From: Tubulanus polymorphus
Taxonomy: Eukaryota > Animalia > Nemertea
Length of the DNA stretch: 64,000 bases
Reading direction: 5' to 3'
Assembly (NCBI RefSeq): GCF_964204645.1
Contig: NC_134027.1
Location: forward strand, 18,004,560 to 18,068,559
Shown here: positions 1 to 10,497 of the stretch, piece by piece
How the letters are laid out: the number at the start of each line of letters is the position of its first letter
Position numbering within the stretch: the stretch's first letter is position 1
Program-made: the position numbers and the translations under genes
Notes under the pieces: generated by a model
Told to the model about the DNA's origin: nothing
Seen by the model: the letters and a program-made list of their open reading frames with translations, nothing else
Databases searched by the model: none

Positions 1-60
1 TTATATCTGACACGCAATTAAATATTATAAATTCTCAATTAAATAGTGTTATGTATTTAA
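1..60 (+). CDS. 3' end of major capsid protein gene (element A)
   Basis: Translates ISDTQLNIINSQLNSVMYL*, matching the C-terminus of 33817-34752 (ISDAQLNIVNSQLNNVMY). Confidence 0.7.
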
Positions 61-91
61 ATTTTAACTTTAATAAAAATTTATATAATAA

Positions 92-937
92 ATGGAAGGA
101 GGTAAAGTATATAAACATATTCCATACATCGATACAAATGAAAATAATGATGGTTTATATTATGTAATACCTTGTAATATTGCTTTGATATTTGATCCCA
201 TTTTCAAAATTTATAAAACTAAACTAATAGAAATCGATAATAATAAAAGTGAAGTTGTTGATAATTTAAATAATGTAATACCTTCTACATCTAATAATGT
301 AATACCTTCTACATCTAATAATGTAATACCTACTACATCTAATAATTTAATACCTACTACATCTAATAATGTAATACCTTCTACATCTAATAATGCAATA
401 CCTTCTACATCTATTAATGCAATACCTTCTACATCTAATAATGCAATACCTTCTACATCAAATAATGAAATAATATTAAATATTAGCGAAAATAGAAATT
501 ATTGTGATTATTGTAAAGGTGAATTTTCAAACGCTCCATCAAATTGGAATAAACATATGAATACAAAGGTACATATTACTAAGGTTATAGAACGTGTTGG
601 TTTAAGAGAATTTATAGAACACCCATTTATATATGTTACAAAATTTGTTTCAAATAAAAAAGTAAATGGTAAAGAATTATATGAAGATTTAATATTAGCA
701 ACGCCTAATAAAGATGAATTAGATTTAACCGATGCTAATAAAATATTAGGATCAAACACTGTAAATGAAATATTAGGAACAAACACTAATAAAGATGATA
801 ATGAAAATATCGTTACAGATAAGCATATTGATAATAAAGATTCTATGAAACATAAAGTAGAAAATAATGATAATTTTGATTGGATGAATAAGCATAACAA
901 TGAAACAACTATTGATGATGCGGTAAAAAAAGGGTGA
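92..937 (+). CDS. Maverick accessory protein with NNVIPSTS repeats and a zinc finger
   Basis: 8 copies of an 8-aa repeat; YCDYCK...HMNTKVH finger; homologs at 32882-33784 and 56658-57541. The 3' end looks frameshifted. Confidence 0.75.
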   Translation: MEGGKVYKHIPYIDTNENNDGLYYVIPCNIALIFDPIFKIYKTKLIEIDNNKSEVVDNLNNVIPSTSNNVIPSTSNNVIPTTSNNLIPTTSNNVIPSTSNNAIPSTSINAIPSTSNNAIPSTSNNEIILNISENRNYCDYCKGEFSNAPSNWNKHMNTKVHITKVIERVGLREFIEHPFIYVTKFVSNKKVNGKELYEDLILATPNKDELDLTDANKILGSNTVNEILGTNTNKDDNENIVTDKHIDNKDSMKHKVENNDNFDWMNKHNNETTIDDAVKKG

Positions 938-1442
938 AGAATAAGTATAAAAATAAAACAACTATTGATGTAGAATCGGTAGAGCATTTGAATAAATTGT
1001 TGGGGTCTGATAATGAATTGGAGAGTGATGATGAAAGTGATTAAGATATTAATTATATTTAACTCAAATAATAATATTAGTTGAAAATTGTATAAAATAA
1101 TAGTAAATAAAAAGGGTGTTTTAGGTATTTAAGGTATCTAATACATATCTAATACAATCTAATACAATCTAATACATAAAATATCTTATTTTATAAACTT
1201 ATATTCATATGGAAATTGAAACCTAAGTAATAATAAATAACCTTTATTATTTTCAAACTTATTCATATATTAGTTGAAAAAATAAAAATAAATTGGTTGA
1301 AAATTGTATAAATAATATTTATTTAAAAAAGGGGTTTTAAGTATTTAAGGTATCTAATAGGGTATCAGGTATTAGGGTATCTAATAGGGTATCAGGTATT
1401 AGGGTATCTAATAGGGTATCTAATACATAGGTATATAAATAG

Positions 1443-2054
1443 TTATTTTATAAATTTATATTCATATGGAAATTGTAATCTCAGTAATAATTTTGAACCT
1501 TTATTATTCTTTAATTTATTCATATATTCATCATGTAATTCAGTAGGTATAATTTGATTTTCTTCCAATGATTGTTGCATAGATTTTTTATCTTTGTTAT
1601 AAAATAAAACTAGAAATCTTATATTCTCCCTAAAGTCTTTAACAATTGAATTATATTTTTGATTTAAAACCCATGTTGTTATCCCAAAATGTCTCCCAGA
1701 GAAAGCTGAGTAACATAACTCACTTTCTCTCACTTTTGAATCATGTAAATTTGCGCAATCATCTATAATGAATAATGTATTTGATCCTTTATAAGTATCA
1801 ATTGCTATTTTTTTACAATTATCTAAATTTTCTTTTACTATTTTAGGATCTAATATAATAAGCTTTTTCATCTTAACTATATCTCTATTATATGTTTTAT
1901 TCATTTCATAAGTAGGACAGAATAATTTTATATTATCAAAATGATTCTTATAAATAGTTTCTAACAAATCTAATATGAAATGTGTTTTACCACAATTGGT
2001 TACTCCAGTAACTAACATATTATGCGGTTCAAATATAAATAAATCTTTATTCAT
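1443..2054 (-). CDS. A32/FtsK-like genome packaging ATPase
   Basis: Walker A GVTNCGKT, Walker B FIIDD, GRH motif; directly follows the integrase. Confidence 0.9.
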   Translation of the reverse strand: MNKDLFIFEPHNMLVTGVTNCGKTHFILDLLETIYKNHFDNIKLFCPTYEMNKTYNRDIVKMKKLIILDPKIVKENLDNCKKIAIDTYKGSNTLFIIDDCANLHDSKVRESELCYSAFSGRHFGITTWVLNQKYNSIVKDFRENIRFLVLFYNKDKKSMQQSLEENQIIPTELHDEYMNKLKNNKGSKLLLRLQFPYEYKFIK

Positions 2055-3085
2055 TTATTCTTTTAATTTTACTAGATAAAATCCATTCATTAAATTTATC
2101 ATCATATCCTTTATATTTCACCAAAGAATACTTTTTTCCTTTAAGAATTTTTGATTTCAATACTTTTTCTATTTTGTATTCTATTTCATCTGGATTTGGT
2201 ACAAGTGATAATTCTTTTTCATAGAAATAACCTAATATTTCTTCATCTTTTAGATCTTCTAATTTATAAACAAAAGGTTTAGTTAATATTATCTTTTTAA
2301 TCTTGAATATTTCTTCAGTAAAATTAGGGGTATAACCTTTATAAAAGGTTTTTCTATATTTAGATATTCTTACGTGTTGTCCAATTTTGAATCTAGGTTC
2401 ACCGAAATCATGTGTAACAAATGCTCCATATAAATTATTCCAAACTATTTCTGAATTATCTTCTTTTCTAGCTTGTATAGGTTTCATATTTATAGAACTA
2501 TGTTTAGAATTATTATAACCTTTCACTAAATCATCTAACACATCGATATATTAATATGTTTCATTAGCAGTAAAATATTTCCACATTCTAGTTTTCAATG
2601 TTTTATTAAATCTTTCTATAATAGATGCTTTTTTATCTGAGTGTGTTGAAAAATAATCTACATCGTTATCAGATAATAGTTTTTTAAAATGTTTGTTATA
2701 GAATTCCTTACTTCTTGTTACTTGTTACTTCTATACCAGTTTTATTTTTGATTGGAATTGACCATGCGTATCTACTGAATATGTCTATAACATTTAATAT
2801 CCAGAAATATCCTTTGTTGTATTCTTCTAAGTTCTTCATGTCAATTAAATCTGCTTGCCATTGTTGATCGATATATGAAACCATAACTTTTCTTGTTAAA
2901 TAAGTTTTATCCATTTTCATATGGATTTGATATGTTGGTTGATTTTGTAACCATGATTTCAATTCACTATATTTTATATTTTCATTATCAGATTTAATCT
3001 TATTCCATAATTCTGAAACGTTAGAATATGATACTTCACTTTCTGGGTTATAATATAAATCTCTTAAATATTGTTCTTTTTACAT
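2047..3085 (-). pseudogene. Retroviral-like DDE integrase with C-terminal chromodomain (disrupted)
   Basis: WQADLIDM, IDIFSRYAW and YNNSKHSSI motifs; chromo-like KIEKVLK...VKYKGYDDKFNEW; stops and a deletion relative to 30812-31882. Confidence 0.9.
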
Positions 3086-3475
3086 CTTATTTTAATCCAT
3101 TAATAATAATTTAGATTTAGTTTCAATGGTTTTATGATTTGACTTATTTTCTGGTATGATAGGTTTATTGTCTGTACACGGATAACTAAGTTTCCGATCA
3201 TCATTGGAATCATCTTTATCATCAGATTTGAATTTTGATTTATATATTACACCAGATAATATAATAACTGTTACTAATCCAATTGTAATATATAAGTAAT
3301 TATTACTTCCAGCATTAGAAGAATTAGATGGATTATAATTTGAATTAATATCAGATAAAGTCTGTGATTCATTTATATCAGTTAATTTCTTTTTCTTAGC
3401 TTTTTTTAATTCTGAAGATCTTTTACCTAATTCTCTTGCCCATTTGATTTTTTTCTCGGATCTAGCCTTTTTATT

Positions 3476-4048
3476 TTAGTTAATTTCTGTTTCGGCGTTT
3501 GGTTGTAGTACATCTGTTTCGTTCTTACCTGATTTATATTCCATAGGCTTGATAATCGAAAATGTAATGACACCAGTAGAAATTAATGTCATAACCGATC
3601 CTAATTGGAATGAAGCATAACCAACCCATTTTTGTAATTCAGTCATAACTAAGTAGTCATTTTTCAAATCACTATATAATTTATTTTCATCATCAATTGG
3701 TATTAACTGGTTACATAACTTAGAATAACATTTGACAATACCATCTGAAATAGAATCATTTATTCTAGCTAATCTCTCTTCTTCATAAATCTTGAAATAT
3801 TTTATTACTTTATCGGGTTTCATAGCATCTAATTCTTGAAAAGTAATTATCTTAGTTAAAAACACTTTAGATTTCCCGCCAGCAATTAGTAATTCAAGAT
3901 GGTGTTTACAATATAAATAGTATTCATAATCAATATTACAATTAACTTGAGCACAATTAGTTACAACTGTATCTTTATTATCACTTATACCCAAATCATC
4001 TAATGTCTTTTCAATATCAATACTATTCTTACTCGATTTCTTTGACAT
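3476..4048 (-). CDS. Conserved Maverick hypothetical protein
   Basis: Homologous to 29840-30453, 8992-9599 and 53804-54345. Confidence 0.7.
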   Translation of the reverse strand: MSKKSSKNSIDIEKTLDDLGISDNKDTVVTNCAQVNCNIDYEYYLYCKHHLELLIAGGKSKVFLTKIITFQELDAMKPDKVIKYFKIYEEERLARINDSISDGIVKCYSKLCNQLIPIDDENKLYSDLKNDYLVMTELQKWVGYASFQLGSVMTLISTGVITFSIIKPMEYKSGKNETDVLQPNAETEIN

Positions 4049-4689
4049 TTATATTAGAGAAAAAAGCGAAAAAAAATATAAGTATTATAAAATGATACCA
4101 GTATCTCTTTAGATTAATACTAGCTTAGTTAAAGGTAAAGAATTTTAGTATTAGTTATTGTTTTTTTAGTATTTTTTATTTGTGATATAAAGTATTCTCT
4201 TTTGAAAAGAATTGTAGAAGAAAATATCAAAAATTAAAATAGAAATAATGGCTAGTTGAAGTTATTGTTTTTTTAATATATTTTATTTGAATTCTATTTG
4301 ATATCTCACTACTTTTTTTATCTATTAGGAGCAGTAATTATAACTGTCCAGATAAGTCATTTCGGATCCTTGATATCAAATTCCTCAACGTATTGTTCAT
4401 TATTTGGATCATTGTTCCATTGATCAATAAATTTCTTTGCCTTTGTTAACTGTTCTAAATATAACTGTAAATCTAGTTTATTAGATTTTATTTTATTTTC
4501 TTTCTTTTCAAGAGGTATTAAATTTTTCCAATTCCAAATAAGTTTTTTTATTGTATTCATCATTCCTTTCCATTTATAAATTAAATTTTTATTAAAATTG
4601 ATTAACATTTTAAAATCCTCTTCCATTTCTTCGACTAACGTCATCCTTTTTCATTCCTCGCTGCTTTTGATAAGTCATTTCGGAGCCTC

Positions 4690-5080
4690 GATAATAAATC
4701 CTCAACTGAAAATCAATTCAACGAAACGACTGGTGGAAATATTATTTCATAAACACATATATTTATTATGTAAATTTTAGCGATCGATAATAGAACAATG
4801 GAGAACAATTATTGCGCAATACACAGTTATATTTTTATTCTGTAAACTACAACATTCAAACATAGAAATGTAACCAATCAATATTGAGCAGCTGTTTCCG
4901 TCAACAACGATCGATAATAGAACAATGGAGAACAATAGAAAAGCGGTCCAATCGGACCGGTTATTGCGCAATACACAGTTAACAGTAAACAATCAATACA
5001 GAACAACCGCCGCCATTAACAACGATCAATAATACAACAATGGAGAACAATAGAAAAGCGGTCCAATCGGACATCGTTTT
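4690..5080. repeat. Palindrome-rich repeat block
   Basis: Repeated GCGGTCCAATCGGAC, TATTGCGCAATA and AGAACAATGGAGAACAAT units; inverted homolog at 53020-53460. Confidence 0.7.
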
Positions 5081-5502
5081 CCGGTTCCTCTTCCGATGGT
5101 TGACTTGGAATTTCTGGTCGATCTTTGTATTCCATTTTAATCTAAAAGATGTCGTGAAAATGAATTACTGTACTTAAATATGTTTAAAAGTTTCCCTACT
5201 TCATAATAACTACAGAAAACGGTACTTACATTTAGATTTAGAACTGTAAACTGTGTTTTGAGAGAGAATATCCAATACGTACTATCTATGTGAAAGTTGA
5301 TTTCTAACAACCGACGTGGCGCACGTTCGACCAAACTAATTATTTCTGCATGTTTGCCTGGATTGTAACAGATGTTCCTTTGTGATGTAATTGATTAATT
5401 CTTTAGAATTGAAAACAAGATATATTTGGCAACATATGTTTTAGTAGTAAACAAGAGCTATGTATTATATACATACAAAGCTCAAATAGAATTGCCAGCT
5501 TT

Positions 5503-6164
5503 CTAACCACTGATTAAAACCTCAGAATGCGGTTGATTCTGTGAAATACTATTCCATAATTCAACAAATGTCTTTGCTTTATCCAGTTGATCTAAATATA
5601 ATTTCATATCTAGTTTGTTAGATTTAATTATATTTTCTTTCTTTTCTAAAGGCCTTAAATTTCTCCAGTTCCAGATTAGTTTCTTATTATAATCATCACT
5701 CATGTCAAATTTAGAAATCGGCAACACGTGATCGATATGAAAATAATCTCCATAATTATCTATATTCATTTGACTATCGAATTGAAATATAATCCATGAT
5801 TTGAGAAATTCATCTGAACAACCCAACAAATTAGATAATGTTTCTGAATGCGTTTCTTTGTTGAATAATTGTGTTAATCTAGATCTTAAGCATTGTTTCA
5901 ATCTAAAATTAAGATCTGTTTTATATCTTTCTCTCATATATTCTGCCATATAATAATTATAATGTTCTAAATTATCTTCTCGATATTGTTTGGTATATAG
6001 TTTAGTACAAGTTTTACAGCAATATTGAAAACCATCTTTGCTAATCTTACGCTTACTAAATTCTGTTAAAGCTAATTTATCTAATTCACATTTCACTTGT
6101 AGTATATATTTATAACGCCGGTGTTATTTGTAATATTGATAGTTTGTGGTTGTTCTGATTCCAT
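5503..6164 (-). pseudogene. HNH-type endonuclease resembling large DNA virus HNH proteins (frameshift near 5' end)
   Basis: Cys-rich N-terminus, LLGCS, HIDHVLPIS...WRNLRPL...EN..KSNK; homolog at 28859-29537 and a 3' remnant at 4357-4560. Confidence 0.7.
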
Positions 6165-6197
6165 TTATTATACATATTTTTTTACTAAATTTATTTT

Positions 6198-6603
6198 AGA
6201 AGTTCAATGATTTATATATGTATTATTTCAATCACACTTTACTAACACTTTTAATGTTTCAAAATCTAACTCATACAAATATGAATATTGAAATAATGTT
6301 TAAAATATATCTATATATCTATTCTATAAGAGCTTACACTTTTATATTGAATAATCTATCAATTTAAATGCTATTCATATATATTTTATTCATGCATATG
6401 AATATTTTAAGAGTAATAGGGGTTTAGTTGTTCTAGGTTAAAGGTTGAATGGTTGAGAAATTTTCCAAATGTGAAATAATAATAATTTCTACTTGAATTA
6501 GGAGTGTGCGCGACTGATTCAAGTAGAAATTATTGTTATTTCACATTTGGAAAATTTCTCGACCGTTCGACCTTTGATCTAGAACAACTAAACCCCTATT
6601 ACT
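6198..6603. repeat. Terminal repeat of element A with ~190-bp terminal palindrome
   Basis: Similar to 44611-45036 and to the ends of E; 6411-6604 is self-complementary around the loop GAGTGTGCGCGA. Confidence 0.9.
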
Positions 6604-7082
6604 CAGGACTCGCGAGATTTTCAACAACACGGAAGTAACGTGTAATAAATGATGACTTGAATTGCATGACTACCTACCACCCCTCATAATTGTTGGGAAA
6701 CTAAACGTTCGGCACTGACTAAAAATTAGTAATAACATTTTTGAAATGGCCAATGGTATAATTTTTTTTTTTTTAACGGCCGTTAAGGCTTCATGTTTCG
6801 TCTGCAATTCACTGCAAATAGTTACGCAACTACGCAGATTTCAGTGTTTTTGGCAGCTGTACACTCAATCGGCACCGTTCGTGACTAGCTTCACTGCGGA
6901 ATTATCATTAATTAACATCGTCATATCACATCATCAACTTATATTGTGCCTTAAAACCCTAACAGCCGAAATAATTGAAATGCACACACGATTTCTATCA
7001 TTGAAAATTGAGAGAGTGGTCATGTTTGTGTTTGCTGCTTCGCATAAATCCCGCGCGGTGGCGCAACCGCGCGGAGTGGGGC

Positions 7083-7700
7083 CGATATGTCCAGACGATT
7101 ATCATTTGTTGATGTTTACTTATAACAATATGTATTACTATGACCGTTGCCTGCCGATGGGTTGCGCATCATCCTGTCAATTATTTGAAGTATTCAGTTC
7201 AACAATACAATGGATTCTATTGAATAAAAAAGACGTTCAGCTTATGTCCCACCTATTAGATGTGTATTTCTTTATCGGGAGGCCCATTTCTAGTCAGTGT
7301 AACTTAGCTATGCACTCATTTTTCGAAATTTGTACAGAAACCGGGATTCCCGTAAAACACGATAAGACTGTTCATCCCTGTACATGTTTAATAATATATG
7401 GTATTGAAATAGATTCAGACGCTATGGAAGCGCGTCTGCCATTAGATAAAGTGGAAAAAATTCTTGCTCAATTGTTGGACATTAAGTGCAAAAAGTCGGT
7501 GACGCTCAAGGAACTACAGTCACTGCTAGGCCTGCTCAATTTCGATTGCAGCGTAATCATACCCGGTAGGGCGTTTCTACGGCGCCTCTGCGATCTGACT
7601 TGTGGCATATCCCGGCCACACTACAGAATTAGGCTAAATAACGAAGCGAGATCTGATTTAACCGCGTGGTGGTCTATCGTAAACCATTTTAATGGAGGTC
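7083..7700 (+). pseudogene. DIRS/Ngaro-type reverse transcriptase fragment
   Basis: YYYDRCLPMGCASSC, decayed YLDD (HLLDVYFF), IYGIEIDS, LQSLLGLLNF, IPGRAFLRR. Most of RNase H is deleted; only the RQYAPW..LPTPIP tail remains, in another frame. Confidence 0.85.
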
Positions 7701-7902
7701 AGGCAGTATGCACCGTGGCTGAACAGACTGCCAACTCCTATACCACTGGCCAGCTACAGAATATAGTACAATTTCTGTTCACCAAGTCCGTCGCTCCTTC
7801 CACCTGGGCTGCATATCGTAGCGCGGTTGAGCATTTTCAGAAATTCTTGGTGAACGCCGGCCACCAGGAGCCCTCCTTTCCCACTTCTGAAGATACTATA
7901 TC

Positions 7903-8232
7903 AGTAATAGGAAAAGTAGGCTTTCATAACAGAGGTCGAGACACCACTCATCACAGCTAGGCCGAGAACGGTCAACAGCGTTGTGATACACAATACAGTG
8001 AGTGCGCGTAACAACAGCTGCGCGTGGATAGATCGATACATCGAGGTGCTACCGAGAACGGTTATTAACGTGTGTGCTATTACTGTAGTACAGTGATTGT
8101 GTGTCAGCTGTGCTCGGATAAATAGATGCTGTGAGGCTTGGGTTAGAACGGTAAATAGCGTGCTTGTTATATACAAGGGGAAGTAATCCCCACTCATCAC
8201 CACAAGTAATTTTTTCCCTTATAAATGGGAGA
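7903..8232 (+). repeat. Left TIR of element B
   Basis: Near-identical reverse complement of 22363-22700. Confidence 0.95.
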
Positions 8233-8550
8233 TAGAAAAGCATTCTTAGCAACAATAAATAACAGAATAAAACCAGCTAAAAAACAATTTGAAATAAAAA
8301 AGTTAGTTGATGTTACAAAAGAAATTGAACATAAAATATTGAAATTAGAAAAGATAAAAACTAAATATGGAGAGAAAGTATCAGCTAATTTAAGCTACTG
8401 TAATGTTAGTACATCGCGAGAATTTAAAGTATTTTTACCTGATAAATGGGCTTCATTGAGTACAGAGGAATTAAAAGATTTATAAGGATTTAAAATAATC
8501 TATCATGGAAAAAATGAAGATGGCCATCATGATTTAGAAATTGTTGATTA
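8225..8550 (+). pseudogene. Small Maverick protein (LPDKW...GKNEDGHH family)
   Basis: Similar to the disrupted ORF at 40150-40507 (LPDRF...GKNEKGHH); premature stop. Confidence 0.55.
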
Positions 8551-8702
8551 AATTTAAAAAAAAATAAATTAATAAAAATAATGAATATCTAGAATCCGAA
8601 ATGACTTATCTGGACAATTTAATTGCTCCACATAGATAGACAAAAGTAGTGAGATATTTAATTGATTAAAAATGAAATTATTTTTTGCTTTTTTCTAAAA
8701 TA

Positions 8703-9059
8703 TTAATCCATTTTTTTTATTGTCAATTTTGGAATTTCAGAAGTATTTTCATTTTTAATATCAATAGTTTCAGAATTATTAATATCGTAAATTTTAGTTG
8801 ATTTCTTATACCAACTACACCCAATCAAAATGAATACAATTACAAATCCAGTTGCAAAATATAGATATTTATCAAATATTCTATTATTAGAAGGAGTATT
8901 TTCACCATTTTTATTAACATTTTTATCACTTATTTTTTCTATTACAGCTTTTTTATATTCTTGTGATTTAATTCCTAATTGCCGAGACCATTCAATTTGT
9001 TTCTGAGTTCTCGGTTTTTTCTTCAGAGTTAATTCCTTCACTTCTTCCCCTTCGCTCAT
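8703..9059 (-). CDS. Small single-TM Maverick protein
   Basis: KKPRTQKQIEW motif shared with 30446 and 54338; one hydrophobic segment. Confidence 0.7.
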   Translation of the reverse strand: MSEGEEVKELTLKKKPRTQKQIEWSRQLGIKSQEYKKAVIEKISDKNVNKNGENTPSNNRIFDKYLYFATGFVIVFILIGCSWYKKSTKIYDINNSETIDIKNENTSEIPKLTIKKMD

Positions 9060-9599
9060 TTATTATAGAAAATTTTTTACTTTCAATATTTGAAAATGTT
9101 ATAACTCCAGTTGATAATAATGTCATAAATCCACCTAATTGAAATGATAAATATCCAATCCATTTATTTAATTCAGTCATAACTAAATAATCATTTTTTA
9201 AATCAGCATATAATCTATTTTCATCTTGAATTGGCAGCATATTATTACATAATTTACAATAACCTTTTACTACATTATCTGATATCGCGTCATTAATTCT
9301 AGCTGTTCTCGCGGTTTCATAAATCTTAAATAATCTAATAATTTCATCTGATTTCATTGTATCTAATTCATTATAAGTTAAATTTTTACCGATAAAATTT
9401 TTACATTTTCCAGATGCTATTAATATTTCTGATGTTGATGTTTACAATAAAGATAATATTCATAATTATTATTTGTTGTAACATTATTTAAAGTACCATC
9501 ATCTGGAGTTAATTTTGTTTCTTTTATTCCAAAATCATCTAAAGTTTTTTCAATTGGAACATCGCCATTTTTAGATTTTATTTTCTTTTCACCTCCCAT
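8992..9599 (-). pseudogene. Conserved Maverick hypothetical protein (frameshifted)
   Basis: ARINDAISD...LKNDYLVMTEL, homologous to 3476-4048. Confidence 0.7.
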
Positions 9600-9904
9600 T
9601 TATATAACAAAAAAATTAGTTGTGATGTTGCAACTAGAATTTAACTAGAATGTAACTAAAAATCAACTAGATTAACAAACTAGTTGAATTATTATTGTTT
9701 TTATTTATTTCTTGTTAAATCTAGTTGATTTTTGTTCCAACTACCAATGACTAGAATTCAACTAGAATGTAACTAAAAATATACTAGATTAACAAGCTAG
9801 TTAAAATATTGTTGAATTTTATTTGATATTCATTTCAAATACCAATAACTAGAATTCAACTAGAATGTAACTAAATATGTAATAGATTAATAAGCTAGTT
9901 GAAT

Positions 9905-10497
9905 TTAAGTAAATTCATATTTAAATGGGTGTTGTAATCTGAATAGCAATTTTGATCTTTTATTATTTTTCAATTCATCCATATATTCATTATGTAAATC
10001 ATGTGGAATAATATCATTTTCCTCAAGTGCATTTTTCATCGATTTTCTATCTTTATTGTAGAATAAAACTAGAAATCTAATGTTTTCTCTAAAATCTTTA
10101 ACAATTGAATTATATTTTTGATTTAAAACCCAAGTTGTTATCCCAAAATGTCTACCAGAAAAAGCTAAATAACATAACTCACTCTCTAATTTTTGAATCA
10201 TGTAAATTTGCACAATCATCTATAATGAATAATGTATTTGATCCTTTATAAATATCAATTGCTATTTTTATACAATTATCTAAATTTTCTTTTACTGTTT
10301 TAGGATCTAATATAATTAATTTATTATTAATCATAAGTTTGATTAAATTCATATGTTGGACAAAATAATACTATATTATCAAAATAGTTTTTATAAATAG
10401 TTTCTAATAAATTTAATATAAAATAAATTTTTCCACAATTTGTTACGCCAGAAATTAACATATTATGAGGCTCAAATATAAATAATTCCTTATTCAT
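9905..10497 (-). pseudogene. Packaging ATPase of element B (disrupted)
   Basis: GVTNCGK Walker A near 10430-10450; FSGRHFGITTW. Confidence 0.85.

Larger units (their letters stand above)
1..6603. mobile_element. Maverick/Polinton element A (partial, continues left of window)
   Basis: Contains the capsid 3' end, ATPase, integrase and an HNH gene. Ends in ...CCCCTATTACT, the reverse complement of the AGTAATAGG terminus of B and E. Inverted relative to element C. May be two fused pieces around 5100-5480. Confidence 0.85.

Noticed and set aside
508-987. Antisense ORFs (also 11762-12733, 33006-33278, 35096-35542, 56622-57074)
   Set aside because: Shadows of AT-rich genes on the opposite strand.
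6746-7960. 404-aa ORF as a real RT-recombinase fusion protein
   Set aside because: Chance read-through of unrelated upstream DNA, a truncated RT with a decayed catalytic motif, an RNase H deletion junction, the YR start and Maverick TIR.
7901-8203. 100-aa ORF and its mirror at 22392-22679
   Set aside because: Lie within the TIRs pointing outward, start at GTG and show no recognisable motifs.
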